NCBI RefSeq assembly: GCF_000012925.1
Contig: NC_007517.1
Span: forward strand, 3,660,001-3,692,000
Reading direction: 5' to 3'
DNA from: Geobacter metallireducens GS-15
GTDB lineage: Bacteria > Desulfobacterota > Desulfuromonadia > Geobacterales > Geobacteraceae
Length of the DNA: 32,000 nt
In this document: piece after piece, positions 10,371 through 18,337 of the stretch
Layout of the letters: each line of letters starts with the position of its first letter
Position numbering within the stretch: position 1 is the first letter of the stretch
Notes under the pieces: model-generated
What the model saw: only the letters and a program-made list of their open reading frames with translations
Databases searched by the model: none
Told to the model about the DNA's origin: nothing
Translations under genes and position numbers: made by a program

Positions 10371-10402
10371 CGACCCGGTCGGATATCCGACCGGGTCGTT
10401 TT
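10371..10402 (+). terminator. Terminator-like hairpin between the two tRNAs
   Basis: CGACCCGGTCGG ATAT CCGACCGGGTCG (12-bp perfect stem) followed by TTTT. tRNA-Glu starts 7 nt later. Confidence 0.55.
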
Positions 10403-10408
10403 CCCTTC

Positions 10409-10486
10409 GTCCCCTTCGTCTAGCCCGGCCCAGGACACCGCCCTTTCACGGCGGCGACGCCGGTTCAAATCCGGCAGGGGACGCCA
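10409..10486 (+). tRNA. tRNA-Glu (anticodon UUC)
   Basis: GTCCCCTTCGTCTAGCCCGGCCCAGGACACCGCCCTTTCACGGCGG... closely parallels E. coli tRNA-Glu. Acceptor GTCCCCT/AGGGGAC, anticodon loop CTTTCAC, encoded GCCA end. Confidence 0.95.
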
Positions 10487-10493
10487 ATCGAAG

Positions 10494-10525
10494 GCCCTTC
10501 CGTAAGATGCGGAAGGGCTTTTTTT
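10494..10525 (+). terminator. Intrinsic terminator after tRNA-Glu
   Basis: GCCCTTCCG TAAGATG CGGAAGGGC followed by TTTTTTT. Confidence 0.75.
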
Positions 10526-10632
10526 GTTGCTACGCTTTATCGCCTGCTTCTCCAAACCCTTTCCCCCTCCAGACTATCCTCCCTCCTGTGATGGTCCAGC
10601 TCGCATGTCCTCACCGCGACAGAGCTACCGCT

Positions 10633-11427
10633 TCAAGTCGATTTGCGCACAAACGGCTGAACGAGAAGACGGGAAAGGGTCAGCTGTGCCGGATCACGGA
10701 ACTCCTTAAGCCCGATCGTCATTTCCCCATGGCCGCCTTCGGGCTGTGGACGATAGGTGCCTGCCAGGCGGTCCCACCAGGGGAGATTAAAGCCGAAGTT
10801 GCTGTTAGTTTCCCGAAGAATAATTGAATGGTGGACACGGTGCATGTCCGGCGTCACGACGACGAGCCGCAACCACCTGTCAAAGGTGAGAGGAAGCCGA
10901 ATGTTGCCATGATTGAACATTGAGGTAGCATTCAGTGCCACCTCGAAGGCAACCACCGCCACAACGGGCGCTCCGAGCAGCGCAACCGCCCCAAGCTTGA
11001 TCCCGGCCGAGAGAAAAATCTCGACCGGGTGAAAGCGGTTGCCGGTCGTAACGTCGATGTCAAGGTCGGTGTGGTGCATCCGGTGGAGACGCCAGAGCAC
11101 CGGAAGAAAGTGAAAAAGGACATGCTGCAGGTAAATAATCAGATCGAGGGCGATGAAGGCCAGAAGAATCCCGGCCGATGGCGGAAGGACGACGGTGTTC
11201 ATGAGTCCCCAGCCGTGTTCGCGCGCCTGTACCGCCATGTCAGCGGGGAGGACGGTAAGGGTCAGGCGTACCACCGCGGTGTCGATGGCTACTAGGGAGA
11301 GATTGGTGTACCAACGCCGTGCCTTGCTGTCAGTGAGCCGTCGGCGCGGAGCCGCCACCTCCCAGATGGCAACCGCCGCCAGCACGCCGAAGAAAAAAGC
11401 GAGCCTGATCAGCGCTTCGTCGTGCAT
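10633..11427 (-). CDS. Fatty acid hydroxylase / sterol desaturase family membrane protein
   Basis: 264 aa with several hydrophobic segments and the di-iron histidine boxes HVLFH, HRMHH and HRVHH. Confidence 0.8.
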   Translation of the reverse strand: MHDEALIRLAFFFGVLAAVAIWEVAAPRRRLTDSKARRWYTNLSLVAIDTAVVRLTLTVLPADMAVQAREHGWGLMNTVVLPPSAGILLAFIALDLIIYLQHVLFHFLPVLWRLHRMHHTDLDIDVTTGNRFHPVEIFLSAGIKLGAVALLGAPVVAVVAFEVALNATSMFNHGNIRLPLTFDRWLRLVVVTPDMHRVHHSIILRETNSNFGFNLPWWDRLAGTYRPQPEGGHGEMTIGLKEFRDPAQLTLSRLLVQPFVRKST

Positions 11428-11490
11428 GCCCTTATCCCCTCCCCTGTCCTGCCCAAAAGCGATGCTGCGCTACGGAGAATGTTTACCACG

Positions 11491-11522
11491 AAAAAGGCCC
11501 CCTCGCATCACGCGAAAGGGCC
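11491..11522 (-). terminator. Intrinsic terminator (minus strand) after the transglycosylase gene
   Basis: The minus-strand RNA reads GGCCCTTTCGC GTGAT GCGAGGGGGCC, then TTTTT. The 11-bp stem includes two G-U pairs. Confidence 0.7.
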
Positions 11523-11553
11523 GTTGACGACCGACGGGGATCAAGTGGCGCCA

Positions 11554-12333
11554 TCAGGCGTACTGATTGTAGTAATCTTTCACCTTGGCAAGATATTCGC
11601 GGGTTTCCCGGGGAAGGAGATGGGGCTTGCGATCGACATTGCCCGGCCCCCAATTGTAGGCGGCAAGGGCCTTGTCCACATTCCCGCCGTAACGGGCCAG
11701 GAGATCCTTGAGAAACTTTGTGCCGGCCATGACATTCTGCTCGGGATCGAAGGAGTTGGTGACCCCGAGTCCCTTGGCGGTGGCAGGCATGAGCTGCATG
11801 AGCCCCTGGGCGCCCACCGGGGAGACGGCGTTGGGATTGAAGTTGCTTTCGGCCTTGATGACTGCCTTGATGAGTCCAACCTCGACGCCATGGCGGCGTG
11901 AAGCACGATTGACGACGTCGTCGAGCCAGTTGCCACTGCCCTTTGCGGGCAGAGGCTCGGGAGCGGCAGAAGCAACCGGGGCAGCAGAAGATCCCCCGGC
12001 AGCCACGGGAGATGCCGGATCAACAGGTTCCCGGCTGTTTTCGGCAAAGCTCTTGAGCATGAATTCCACGGCACGCCCCATTGCCGGCGGATTCCCCCCA
12101 CCTTCGGAGTCGCCAAGAGTGAAGGCGCTCCGCATCATGTCGAGCCGCATCAATTCCGCAGCAGCGGCAGCGGAGGCACGTGCTCCCGGCTGCACGTCGA
12201 TACCGGTACCGGCAGCCAGGAACTCGTCGAAGACGAGGCCTGCACCGGCCTCTCGAACAGTGGGGCGGTCAGTCTGGGGTTTGGATTCGGATGGAGTGGA
12301 ACGATTGATAAGAGTATCGATGATCATACCCAC
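11554..12333 (-). CDS. Lytic transglycosylase (SLT domain) with an Ala/Pro-rich N-terminal region
   Basis: The C-terminal LIKAVIKAESNFNPNAVSPVGAQGLMQLMPATA...AYNWGPGNV is the SLT catalytic-Glu signature. The start is GTG 12333 or ATG 12327, 3 nt after the upstream regulator's stop. Confidence 0.8.
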   Translation of the reverse strand: MGMIIDTLINRSTPSESKPQTDRPTVREAGAGLVFDEFLAAGTGIDVQPGARASAAAAAELMRLDMMRSAFTLGDSEGGGNPPAMGRAVEFMLKSFAENSREPVDPASPVAAGGSSAAPVASAAPEPLPAKGSGNWLDDVVNRASRRHGVEVGLIKAVIKAESNFNPNAVSPVGAQGLMQLMPATAKGLGVTNSFDPEQNVMAGTKFLKDLLARYGGNVDKALAAYNWGPGNVDRKPHLLPRETREYLAKVKDYYNQYA

Positions 12334-12336
12334 GTC

Positions 12337-13731
12337 TTATGCAAAAGACGTGGCAATTGTATCGAGTCTCCGCTTTTTTAATTTCTCGATGAGGGTGGTT
12401 CGCTTGAGGTTCAGAAGAAGAGCGGCCTCCTTCTTGTTGCCGCCGGTCTTCTTGAGGGCCTGGAGGATGAGGTTGTTTTCGAACTCCTCCACCACGGTAT
12501 TGAGGCAGATGCCCGAATCGGGAAGGGTCATGCTTTCGGAAGGGGGGGAAATGGTGACGCCGGAGAACTTTTCGGGCAGATCATTGACACCAATGGCGCC
12601 GAACCCCTTGAGGATCACGAGGCGCTCCACGAGGTTCTCCAGTTCGCGCACGTTGCCGGGCCAGTCGTAGTGGACGAGAAGGTCCATGGCGTCGGAGTCG
12701 ATCCCCTTCACCTTGCTCTTCTTGTTGCGGTTGAAACGCTCAAGGAAAGAGTTGACCAGGAGCGGGATATCTTCCTTGCGCTCCCGCAGGGGCGGAATGA
12801 AGATGGGAATGACAGAGAGCCGGTAGTAGAGGTCTTCGCGGAACTGTTTCGTGGCGACCAGCTTTTCCAGGTTCTGGTTGGTGGCGGCAATGATCCGCAC
12901 GTCGATCTTCTTGGAGCGGGTGGCACCCACCGGCTCCAGCTCGCGGTTCTGCAGCACCCGCAAGAGCTTCACCTGGAGGTTCGGTTTCATGTCGCCGATT
13001 TCGTCGAGAAACAGGGTGCCGCGGTCGGCCATCTCGAAACGGCCGATGCGGTTCGCCACGGCGCCGGTGAAGGAACCTTTCACGTGGCCGAAGAGCTCGC
13101 TTTCAAGGAGCTCGTCGGGGATGGCGGCGCAGTTGACCGGCACGAAGTTGCGAGTCTTGCGATTGCTCAGGTCATGGACCGCCCGGGCGACCAGTTCCTT
13201 GCCGGTCCCCGACTCACCCTGAATGAGGACGGTGGAATCGGACTCGGCAACCTTTTCGATCAGCTCGAAGAGGGAGAGCATCTTGGAGCTCTCGCCGATG
13301 ATATTCGGCATGAGGGCCCGGTTCTTGAGGGCCGGCTTGGCCCGGTAGGTCTGGCTCTGGAGGGACTGGTGCTCGAACCCGCGCTTCACGTGCGTTTCAA
13401 GCTCGTCCAGATTGAAGGGCTTTTCCAGATAGAAAAAGACCCCTGCCTTGAGGAGGTTGGAGGCCATTTCGTAGTTGCCGAAGGCGCTGTAGGCAATGAT
13501 GACGGTGCCCGGACGCATGGTCTTCAGCTTCTTGACGAATTCGAGGCCGTTCACCCGGGGCATCATCAGGTCGGTGATGACAAGGTGAACCTCTTCGGTT
13601 TCCAGCTTGTCGAGGGCGTCCTGACCGTCACAGGCCTGGACCACGTCGTACCCTTTGTACTTGAGAAAAGCGGCTACAAAGTCTCGGGTTTTTTTGTCGT
13701 CGTCGGCAATGAGCAGTCGCGGCGTATCCAT
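12337..13731 (-). CDS. Sigma-54-dependent response regulator (REC - AAA+ - Fis-type HTH)
   Basis: REC: LLIADDD...ITDLMMP. AAA+: GESGTGKE, GSFTGA (GAFTGA variant), ESELFGH. HTH: GNKKEAALLLNLKRTTLIEKL. The start was set to MDTPRLL (GAGGA RBS 5 nt upstream) rather than the track's 13746. Confidence 0.9.
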   Translation of the reverse strand: MDTPRLLIADDDKKTRDFVAAFLKYKGYDVVQACDGQDALDKLETEEVHLVITDLMMPRVNGLEFVKKLKTMRPGTVIIAYSAFGNYEMASNLLKAGVFFYLEKPFNLDELETHVKRGFEHQSLQSQTYRAKPALKNRALMPNIIGESSKMLSLFELIEKVAESDSTVLIQGESGTGKELVARAVHDLSNRKTRNFVPVNCAAIPDELLESELFGHVKGSFTGAVANRIGRFEMADRGTLFLDEIGDMKPNLQVKLLRVLQNRELEPVGATRSKKIDVRIIAATNQNLEKLVATKQFREDLYYRLSVIPIFIPPLRERKEDIPLLVNSFLERFNRNKKSKVKGIDSDAMDLLVHYDWPGNVRELENLVERLVILKGFGAIGVNDLPEKFSGVTISPPSESMTLPDSGICLNTVVEEFENNLILQALKKTGGNKKEAALLLNLKRTTLIEKLKKRRLDTIATSFA

Positions 13732-13784
13732 GGTTTCCTCGAACAAACTGGGTATCTGGAGCGGGTCATCTCGATGCGGACGTC

Positions 13785-13813
13785 AGTGTAGTCATAATCC
13801 TGACAAAAGTCAA
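13785..13813 (-). promoter_or_regulatory. Candidate sigma-70 promoter for the regulator operon (TTGACT-17-TACACT, minus strand)
   Basis: On the minus strand, TTGACT (13813-13808), a 17-nt spacer, TACACT (13790-13785). Confidence 0.4.
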
Positions 13814-13994
13814 CAAAATGACGACCAGTGATAAATATTTTTTACGGGAACCTCTTGAAACAACTTTTGTATTCGTCCGACTCCCTCGCCAGCCCGATGC
13901 GGCCGGCGGCGCCCATTTCAGATTTTCTGTCGCACGGCGTGTCAATTTTTATCAAAGACCCAAAACCTACCGAGAAACCGTCGAAAAAAATTGT

Positions 13995-14021
13995 TAAAAT
14001 TTTCACCGGCTGCGCCGATAA
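13995..14021 (+). promoter_or_regulatory. Sigma-28 (FliA)-type promoter: TAAA-N15-GCCGATAA
   Basis: TAAA at 13995-13998, exactly 15 nt, GCCGATAA at 14014-14021. This is a full match to the enterobacterial FliA consensus, about 165 nt upstream of cheW. Confidence 0.65.
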
Positions 14022-14186
14022 ATATAAATGCACAGCCTTCACTGCGAAAAAGTCCTCTATCCGCCAGATTCATTCTGAATCGAGCGGCATGAGAACACTC
14101 TTTGCATCGAGCAGTGAAGTGTTTCCTTGCAAGCGACCAGGGCGATGAATTCCGATCAGTCGGAACGGATAAGGAGGAAGAGGGCG

Positions 14187-14681
14187 ATGGAAACTGCGCT
14201 GCAGACCAAAGTAGAGGAATCGAGAAGCGAACTGATCCAACTCGTGAGCTTCAAGCTGGAGCAGGAGGAGTATGGGGTAAACGTCCTGAAGGTGCGCGAG
14301 ATCATCCGGATGCCGAGCATCACCCGCGTTCCCAATACCCCCCACTATATCGAGGGGGTGATCAACCTGCGGGGCAAGGTAATCCCCATCATCTCCATGC
14401 GCAAGCGTTTCAGCCTCCCCGAGGGGGAGACAAGCAGCCAGACGAGGATCATGGTCATCGACATGGAAGGGGAGCTGATGGGATTCGTGGTTGATGCGGT
14501 CTCAGAGGTGATCCGGATCTCCGAGAGCGAGATCCAGCCTCCGCCGGCCGTGGTCAACAGCGCCGTGGAGCAGGAGTGCCTCGCGGGGGTCATCAACCAG
14601 ACCGACCGTCTCCTCTTCTTCCTCAACCTGGAGAAACTCATCTCCCGGGACGAGCGAAGCCTGTTCAGCGGCATGATGTGA
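14187..14681 (+). CDS. cheW: Chemotaxis coupling protein CheW
   Basis: FKLEQEEYGVNVLKVREIIRM..IT.VPN.P.YIEGVINLRG.VIPII is a CheW domain. The start was set at METALQ, preceded by AAGGAGGA. Confidence 0.9.
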   Translation: METALQTKVEESRSELIQLVSFKLEQEEYGVNVLKVREIIRMPSITRVPNTPHYIEGVINLRGKVIPIISMRKRFSLPEGETSSQTRIMVIDMEGELMGFVVDAVSEVIRISESEIQPPPAVVNSAVEQECLAGVINQTDRLLFFLNLEKLISRDERSLFSGMM

Positions 14682-14718
14682 CACAATAAATATCTTTCAC
14701 ATTCGTGAGGAATAGCAG

Positions 14719-16542
14719 ATGGCGATTGAGTGCGAAGACCAGGAACTCCTGGATGGATTTTTGACCGAAACGGCGGAACTGCTCGAGAAGCTTGACGACG
14801 ATCTGGTTGCCCTGGAAAAGACCCCATCGGACGCGGAGCTCATGAACGGCATTTTCCGGTCGATCCATACGGTGAAAGGGGCCTCCAGCTTTCTCGGTTT
14901 TGAGCTTCTCGTGAAGGTCACCCACAAGACCGAGGACGTCCTGAACCGCATGCGGCGGGGAGAGCTGGAGGTAACCCCGGAGGTCATGGACGTGATCCTG
15001 GAGGCGGTGGACCTGGTGAAACTCCTGGTGAGCGACATCAAGGGGGGAGACATCGTCGAGCGTGAAATCGACGGGACCGTCGGCAAACTCCTCCCCTTCC
15101 TCTCGGAAAACGCCAAGGAAGCGACGGTTCTCAAGCCGTCGGCGACCACCGTGACGCCTTCAGCGCCGGCCGAAGCGGCTCCGACGCCCCAAGCGACGGA
15201 AACGGAAACCCACCCCTCTGCCGAACTTTCTCCGGCCCCGGAGGCAGCGCCGGTCAAGGCACCCGAGCCCGCTCCCCGCGTCCAGGCGCCCCCGCCCCCT
15301 GCCCCCCGTGACGACAAAAAGGGGGATGACCTGGCGGACAACACCACGGTCCGGGTGGATGTGAAACGGCTCGACGACCTCATGAACCAGGTGGGGGAGC
15401 TGGTTCTTGAGCGCAACCGGATGATGCAGCTCAACACCGATTTCAACGACGGCGGAGACGACACCTTCGGCGAAGAGTTCGGCAAGCTCTCCAAGCGGAT
15501 CAGCTTCGTTACCTCGGAACTCCAGATGCAGGTCCTCAAGATGCGGATGATCCCGGTGGAAAAGGTCTTCAAGAAGTTCCCCCGCATCGTGCGCAACCTG
15601 GCCCGGGACCTGGGCAAGGAAGTGGATCTCCTCGTCTTCGGCGAAGAGACCGAACTGGATCGCTCAGTGGTGGATGAAATCGGCGACCCGCTGATCCACC
15701 TGATCCGTAACGCCATGGACCACGGCCTGGAGACCCCCGACGAACGGATGGCGGCCGGCAAGCCCCGCAAGGGGACCCTGATCCTCTCGGCGGCCCATGA
15801 GGGGAACCAGATCGTCATCAGCATCAAGGACGACGGCAAAGGGATTGATCCCGAGAGAATCGCGAGAAAAGCGAAGGAAAAAGGGCTGGTAACCGACGAG
15901 CAACTGGCCGCCATGGGACAGCGTGAGATCCTGGACCTGATCTTTCTCCCCGGCTTCTCCACCAAGGAGAAGGCCACGGACCTCTCGGGACGCGGCGTCG
16001 GCATGGACGTGGTCAGAACCAACATCAAAAAGCTGAACGGCATCATCGATATCCGCAGCGAACTGGGGCAGGGGTCCGAGTTCATCCTGAAGCTCCCCCT
16101 TACCCTCGCCATCATCCAGTCGCTCCTGGTGGAGGTGGAGGACGAGACCTACTCGATCCCCCTGGCGGCGGTCCTGGAGACGCTCCGGGTGGAGGAACGG
16201 GAATTCCACACCATCGGCGGCCAGGAGGTGCTCAAGCTTCGAGATTCGGTGCTCCCCCTCATGCGGCTGCAGAAGATTTTCAACGTCGCCCCGAGCGAGC
16301 GGAGCCGTGTCGCCTGCTACGTGGTTGTCGTGGGGGTTGCCGAGAAGCGGGTCGGGCTTGTGGTTTCGCGGCTTCTGGGGCAGCAGGAGGTGGCCATCAA
16401 GTCCCTCGGCAAGTACCTGGCAAACCTCCCCGGCATTGCCGGCTCCACCATCCTCGGTGACGGACGGGTCACCCTCATCATCGACCCCGCGGGGCTCATG
16501 GAGAACAGCGACGGAAGCGGCGGCGGCCGCATTGCCGCCTGA
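14719..16542 (+). CDS. cheA: Chemotaxis histidine kinase CheA (P1-linker-P3-P4-P5; no recognisable P2)
   Basis: Hpt: FRSIHTVKGAS. Dimerisation: VRVDVKRLDDLMNQVGELV. ATPase: HLIRNAMDHG, DDGKGID, GRGVGMDVV. C-terminal CheW-like domain. Confidence 0.95.
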   Translation: MAIECEDQELLDGFLTETAELLEKLDDDLVALEKTPSDAELMNGIFRSIHTVKGASSFLGFELLVKVTHKTEDVLNRMRRGELEVTPEVMDVILEAVDLVKLLVSDIKGGDIVEREIDGTVGKLLPFLSENAKEATVLKPSATTVTPSAPAEAAPTPQATETETHPSAELSPAPEAAPVKAPEPAPRVQAPPPPAPRDDKKGDDLADNTTVRVDVKRLDDLMNQVGELVLERNRMMQLNTDFNDGGDDTFGEEFGKLSKRISFVTSELQMQVLKMRMIPVEKVFKKFPRIVRNLARDLGKEVDLLVFGEETELDRSVVDEIGDPLIHLIRNAMDHGLETPDERMAAGKPRKGTLILSAAHEGNQIVISIKDDGKGIDPERIARKAKEKGLVTDEQLAAMGQREILDLIFLPGFSTKEKATDLSGRGVGMDVVRTNIKKLNGIIDIRSELGQGSEFILKLPLTLAIIQSLLVEVEDETYSIPLAAVLETLRVEEREFHTIGGQEVLKLRDSVLPLMRLQKIFNVAPSERSRVACYVVVVGVAEKRVGLVVSRLLGQQEVAIKSLGKYLANLPGIAGSTILGDGRVTLIIDPAGLMENSDGSGGGRIAA

Positions 16543-16586
16543 CCCGCCGGCCGAAAGCACGATACTCAACCGAAGAAGGGACGCCA

Positions 16587-17420
16587 GTGACACTCTCTGA
16601 CAAGGATTTCGAGGTCCTCAGGGACTTCATCTACAATCACTGCGGGATATATTTCCACACGAGCAAGAAGTATTTCCTGGAGAGCCGCATTACTCGGCGG
16701 ATCGAGGCAACCAGCTCACCGAACCTCATGACCTACATGGGGCTCTTGAAAAGTGGCCCCGGCAAATCCGATGAACTGCTGAAACTCCTGACCGAAATAA
16801 CCACGAACGAAACCTGCTTTTTCCGCAATCCTCCCCAGTTGAAGGCTCTGGAAAACGTCTTTCTTCCCGAGATCGTGGCGGCCAAGGGGAAAATCGGCTT
16901 CCGCAAGCTCAGGATCTGGAGCGCAGGCTCCTCTTCCGGCGAAGAGGCCTACACCATGGCCATGCTCCTCCTGGAGAAGCGGGCCACGATCCTCAAGGAC
17001 TGGATCATCGAGATCGTAGGGACCGACATCAGCGAGACGGTCCTAGCCCAGGCCCGGGAAGGGGTCTACAACGCCTACTCCGTGCGCAACACTCCCGATT
17101 ATTACAAGAAGAAATACTTTCGTCAGGAACCGGGGGAACGCTATGTCCTCTCCCCCGACGTGAAGAAGCTGGTGAGCTTCAATCACCTAAACCTCTACGA
17201 AGACGCGAAGATGGTCTTCATGAAGAGCTTCGATTTCATCTTCTGCGCCAACGTCCTGATCTACTTCGACCTGGCATCCAAGACCAAGGTAGTGCAGCAC
17301 TACTACAACAACCTCCAGCCCTACGGCTACTTCTTCGTGGGGCAATCGGAATCCCTGCACGGCGTGAATGACAAGTTCAAAACGGTCCACTTCCCCGGCG
17401 GATTTGCCTACAAAAAGTGA
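16587..17420 (+). CDS. cheR: Chemotaxis protein methyltransferase CheR
   Basis: ETCFFRNP.Q, RIWSAGSSSGEEAYTMAMLL, FDFIFCANVLIYFD. GTG start with an AAGGGA RBS. Confidence 0.9.
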   Translation: MTLSDKDFEVLRDFIYNHCGIYFHTSKKYFLESRITRRIEATSSPNLMTYMGLLKSGPGKSDELLKLLTEITTNETCFFRNPPQLKALENVFLPEIVAAKGKIGFRKLRIWSAGSSSGEEAYTMAMLLLEKRATILKDWIIEIVGTDISETVLAQAREGVYNAYSVRNTPDYYKKKYFRQEPGERYVLSPDVKKLVSFNHLNLYEDAKMVFMKSFDFIFCANVLIYFDLASKTKVVQHYYNNLQPYGYFFVGQSESLHGVNDKFKTVHFPGGFAYKK

Positions 17421-18331
17421 AAGGTGGAACGGATAGCGTGGAACAATTGAGCAAAATGGAAAAAGCCGCGGCTCTGATCCGCGGCATGACTGATCTCCCC
17501 ACCATCCCCGCCGTGGCCACCCAGGTCCTGTCGCTCCTGGACCAACCCGACGTGGAGATCGACCAGGTGGCCGAGCTTCTCCTCACCGACCAGGTCATGG
17601 CGGCCCGGGTCCTGAAGATGGTCAACTCTCCCCTCTACCGGCCAGCCACGGTCATCACCTCCCTCAAGGGGGCGCTGGTCTATCTGGGGTTGCGGCACAT
17701 CAGGGAGTTCATCCTCACCTGCTCCTTCATCCAGAGCTTCGAGGGAAAAGAGGGAGTGCTCGGGGTAAAGCCCTTCTGGGAGCACTCCTTCGGCGTCGGC
17801 ATCGTAGCGCGGCTCATCGCCGCGAAGGTTGGATACCACGATACGGAGAAGGCCTACATCGGCGGCCTCATCCACGACATCGGCGAGGTCTTCCTGAGCT
17901 ATTACCTGAAGGACAAATTCCAAAAGGTGGTAGACGCCATCAGGGAGAGCCCGGTGCAACTGGTGGAGGCCGAGGAACGCATTCTCGGCACGACCCACTG
18001 CGAGGTGGGACTCTGCCTGGCCCGGGAGTGGCATTTCCCCGATGACTACTGTGAGATTGTCGCCTGCCACCACGCCCCCCGCGAGGCCACAAACGCGCCG
18101 CGGCTCGTCGCCATCGTGAACCTGGCGGACCTCTTCTGCACCGTCCGGAACCTGGATTACGGCGGGAAGGAGTGGACCAGCTTTTCCCTGGCCGATGAGC
18201 CGGCCTGGGCCATGATTCAGGAACAGGGGAAGAAGCTTGCGGAGTTTGACGTGGAACGGTTTTGCTACGAACTGGACGACCAGGTGGAGGAGATCCGGGA
18301 ACTGGTCACGAACATCTTCAAGGACAGGTGA
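17417..18331 (+). CDS. HDOD domain protein
   Basis: LPTIPAVATQVL.LL.....I..VAELLLTDQVMAARVLKMVNSPLY, HSFGVG, GLIHDIGEVFL, HCEVG. The GTG start overlaps the cheR stop (GTGA). Alternative starts are at 17438 and 17456. Confidence 0.8.
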   Translation: MKGGTDSVEQLSKMEKAAALIRGMTDLPTIPAVATQVLSLLDQPDVEIDQVAELLLTDQVMAARVLKMVNSPLYRPATVITSLKGALVYLGLRHIREFILTCSFIQSFEGKEGVLGVKPFWEHSFGVGIVARLIAAKVGYHDTEKAYIGGLIHDIGEVFLSYYLKDKFQKVVDAIRESPVQLVEAEERILGTTHCEVGLCLAREWHFPDDYCEIVACHHAPREATNAPRLVAIVNLADLFCTVRNLDYGGKEWTSFSLADEPAWAMIQEQGKKLAEFDVERFCYELDDQVEEIRELVTNIFKDR

Positions 18332-18337
18332 CAAAGC

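Noticed and set aside
12339-12356. Near-match to a sigma-54 promoter on the minus strand (TTGCCACG-TCTT-TTGCAT)
   Set aside because: The invariant -24 GG is GC here. The -12 element is also only about 8 nt from the downstream start codon, leaving no room for a TSS and RBS. The similarity is a by-product of the junction hairpin.
12670-13791. 373-aa plus-strand ORF opposite the sigma-54 regulator
   Set aside because: It is a shadow ORF. The minus strand encodes complete REC, AAA+ and HTH domains.
14697-16115. 472-aa ORF antisense to cheA
   Set aside because: It is a Ser/Arg-rich low-complexity shadow ORF lying opposite a clear CheA.
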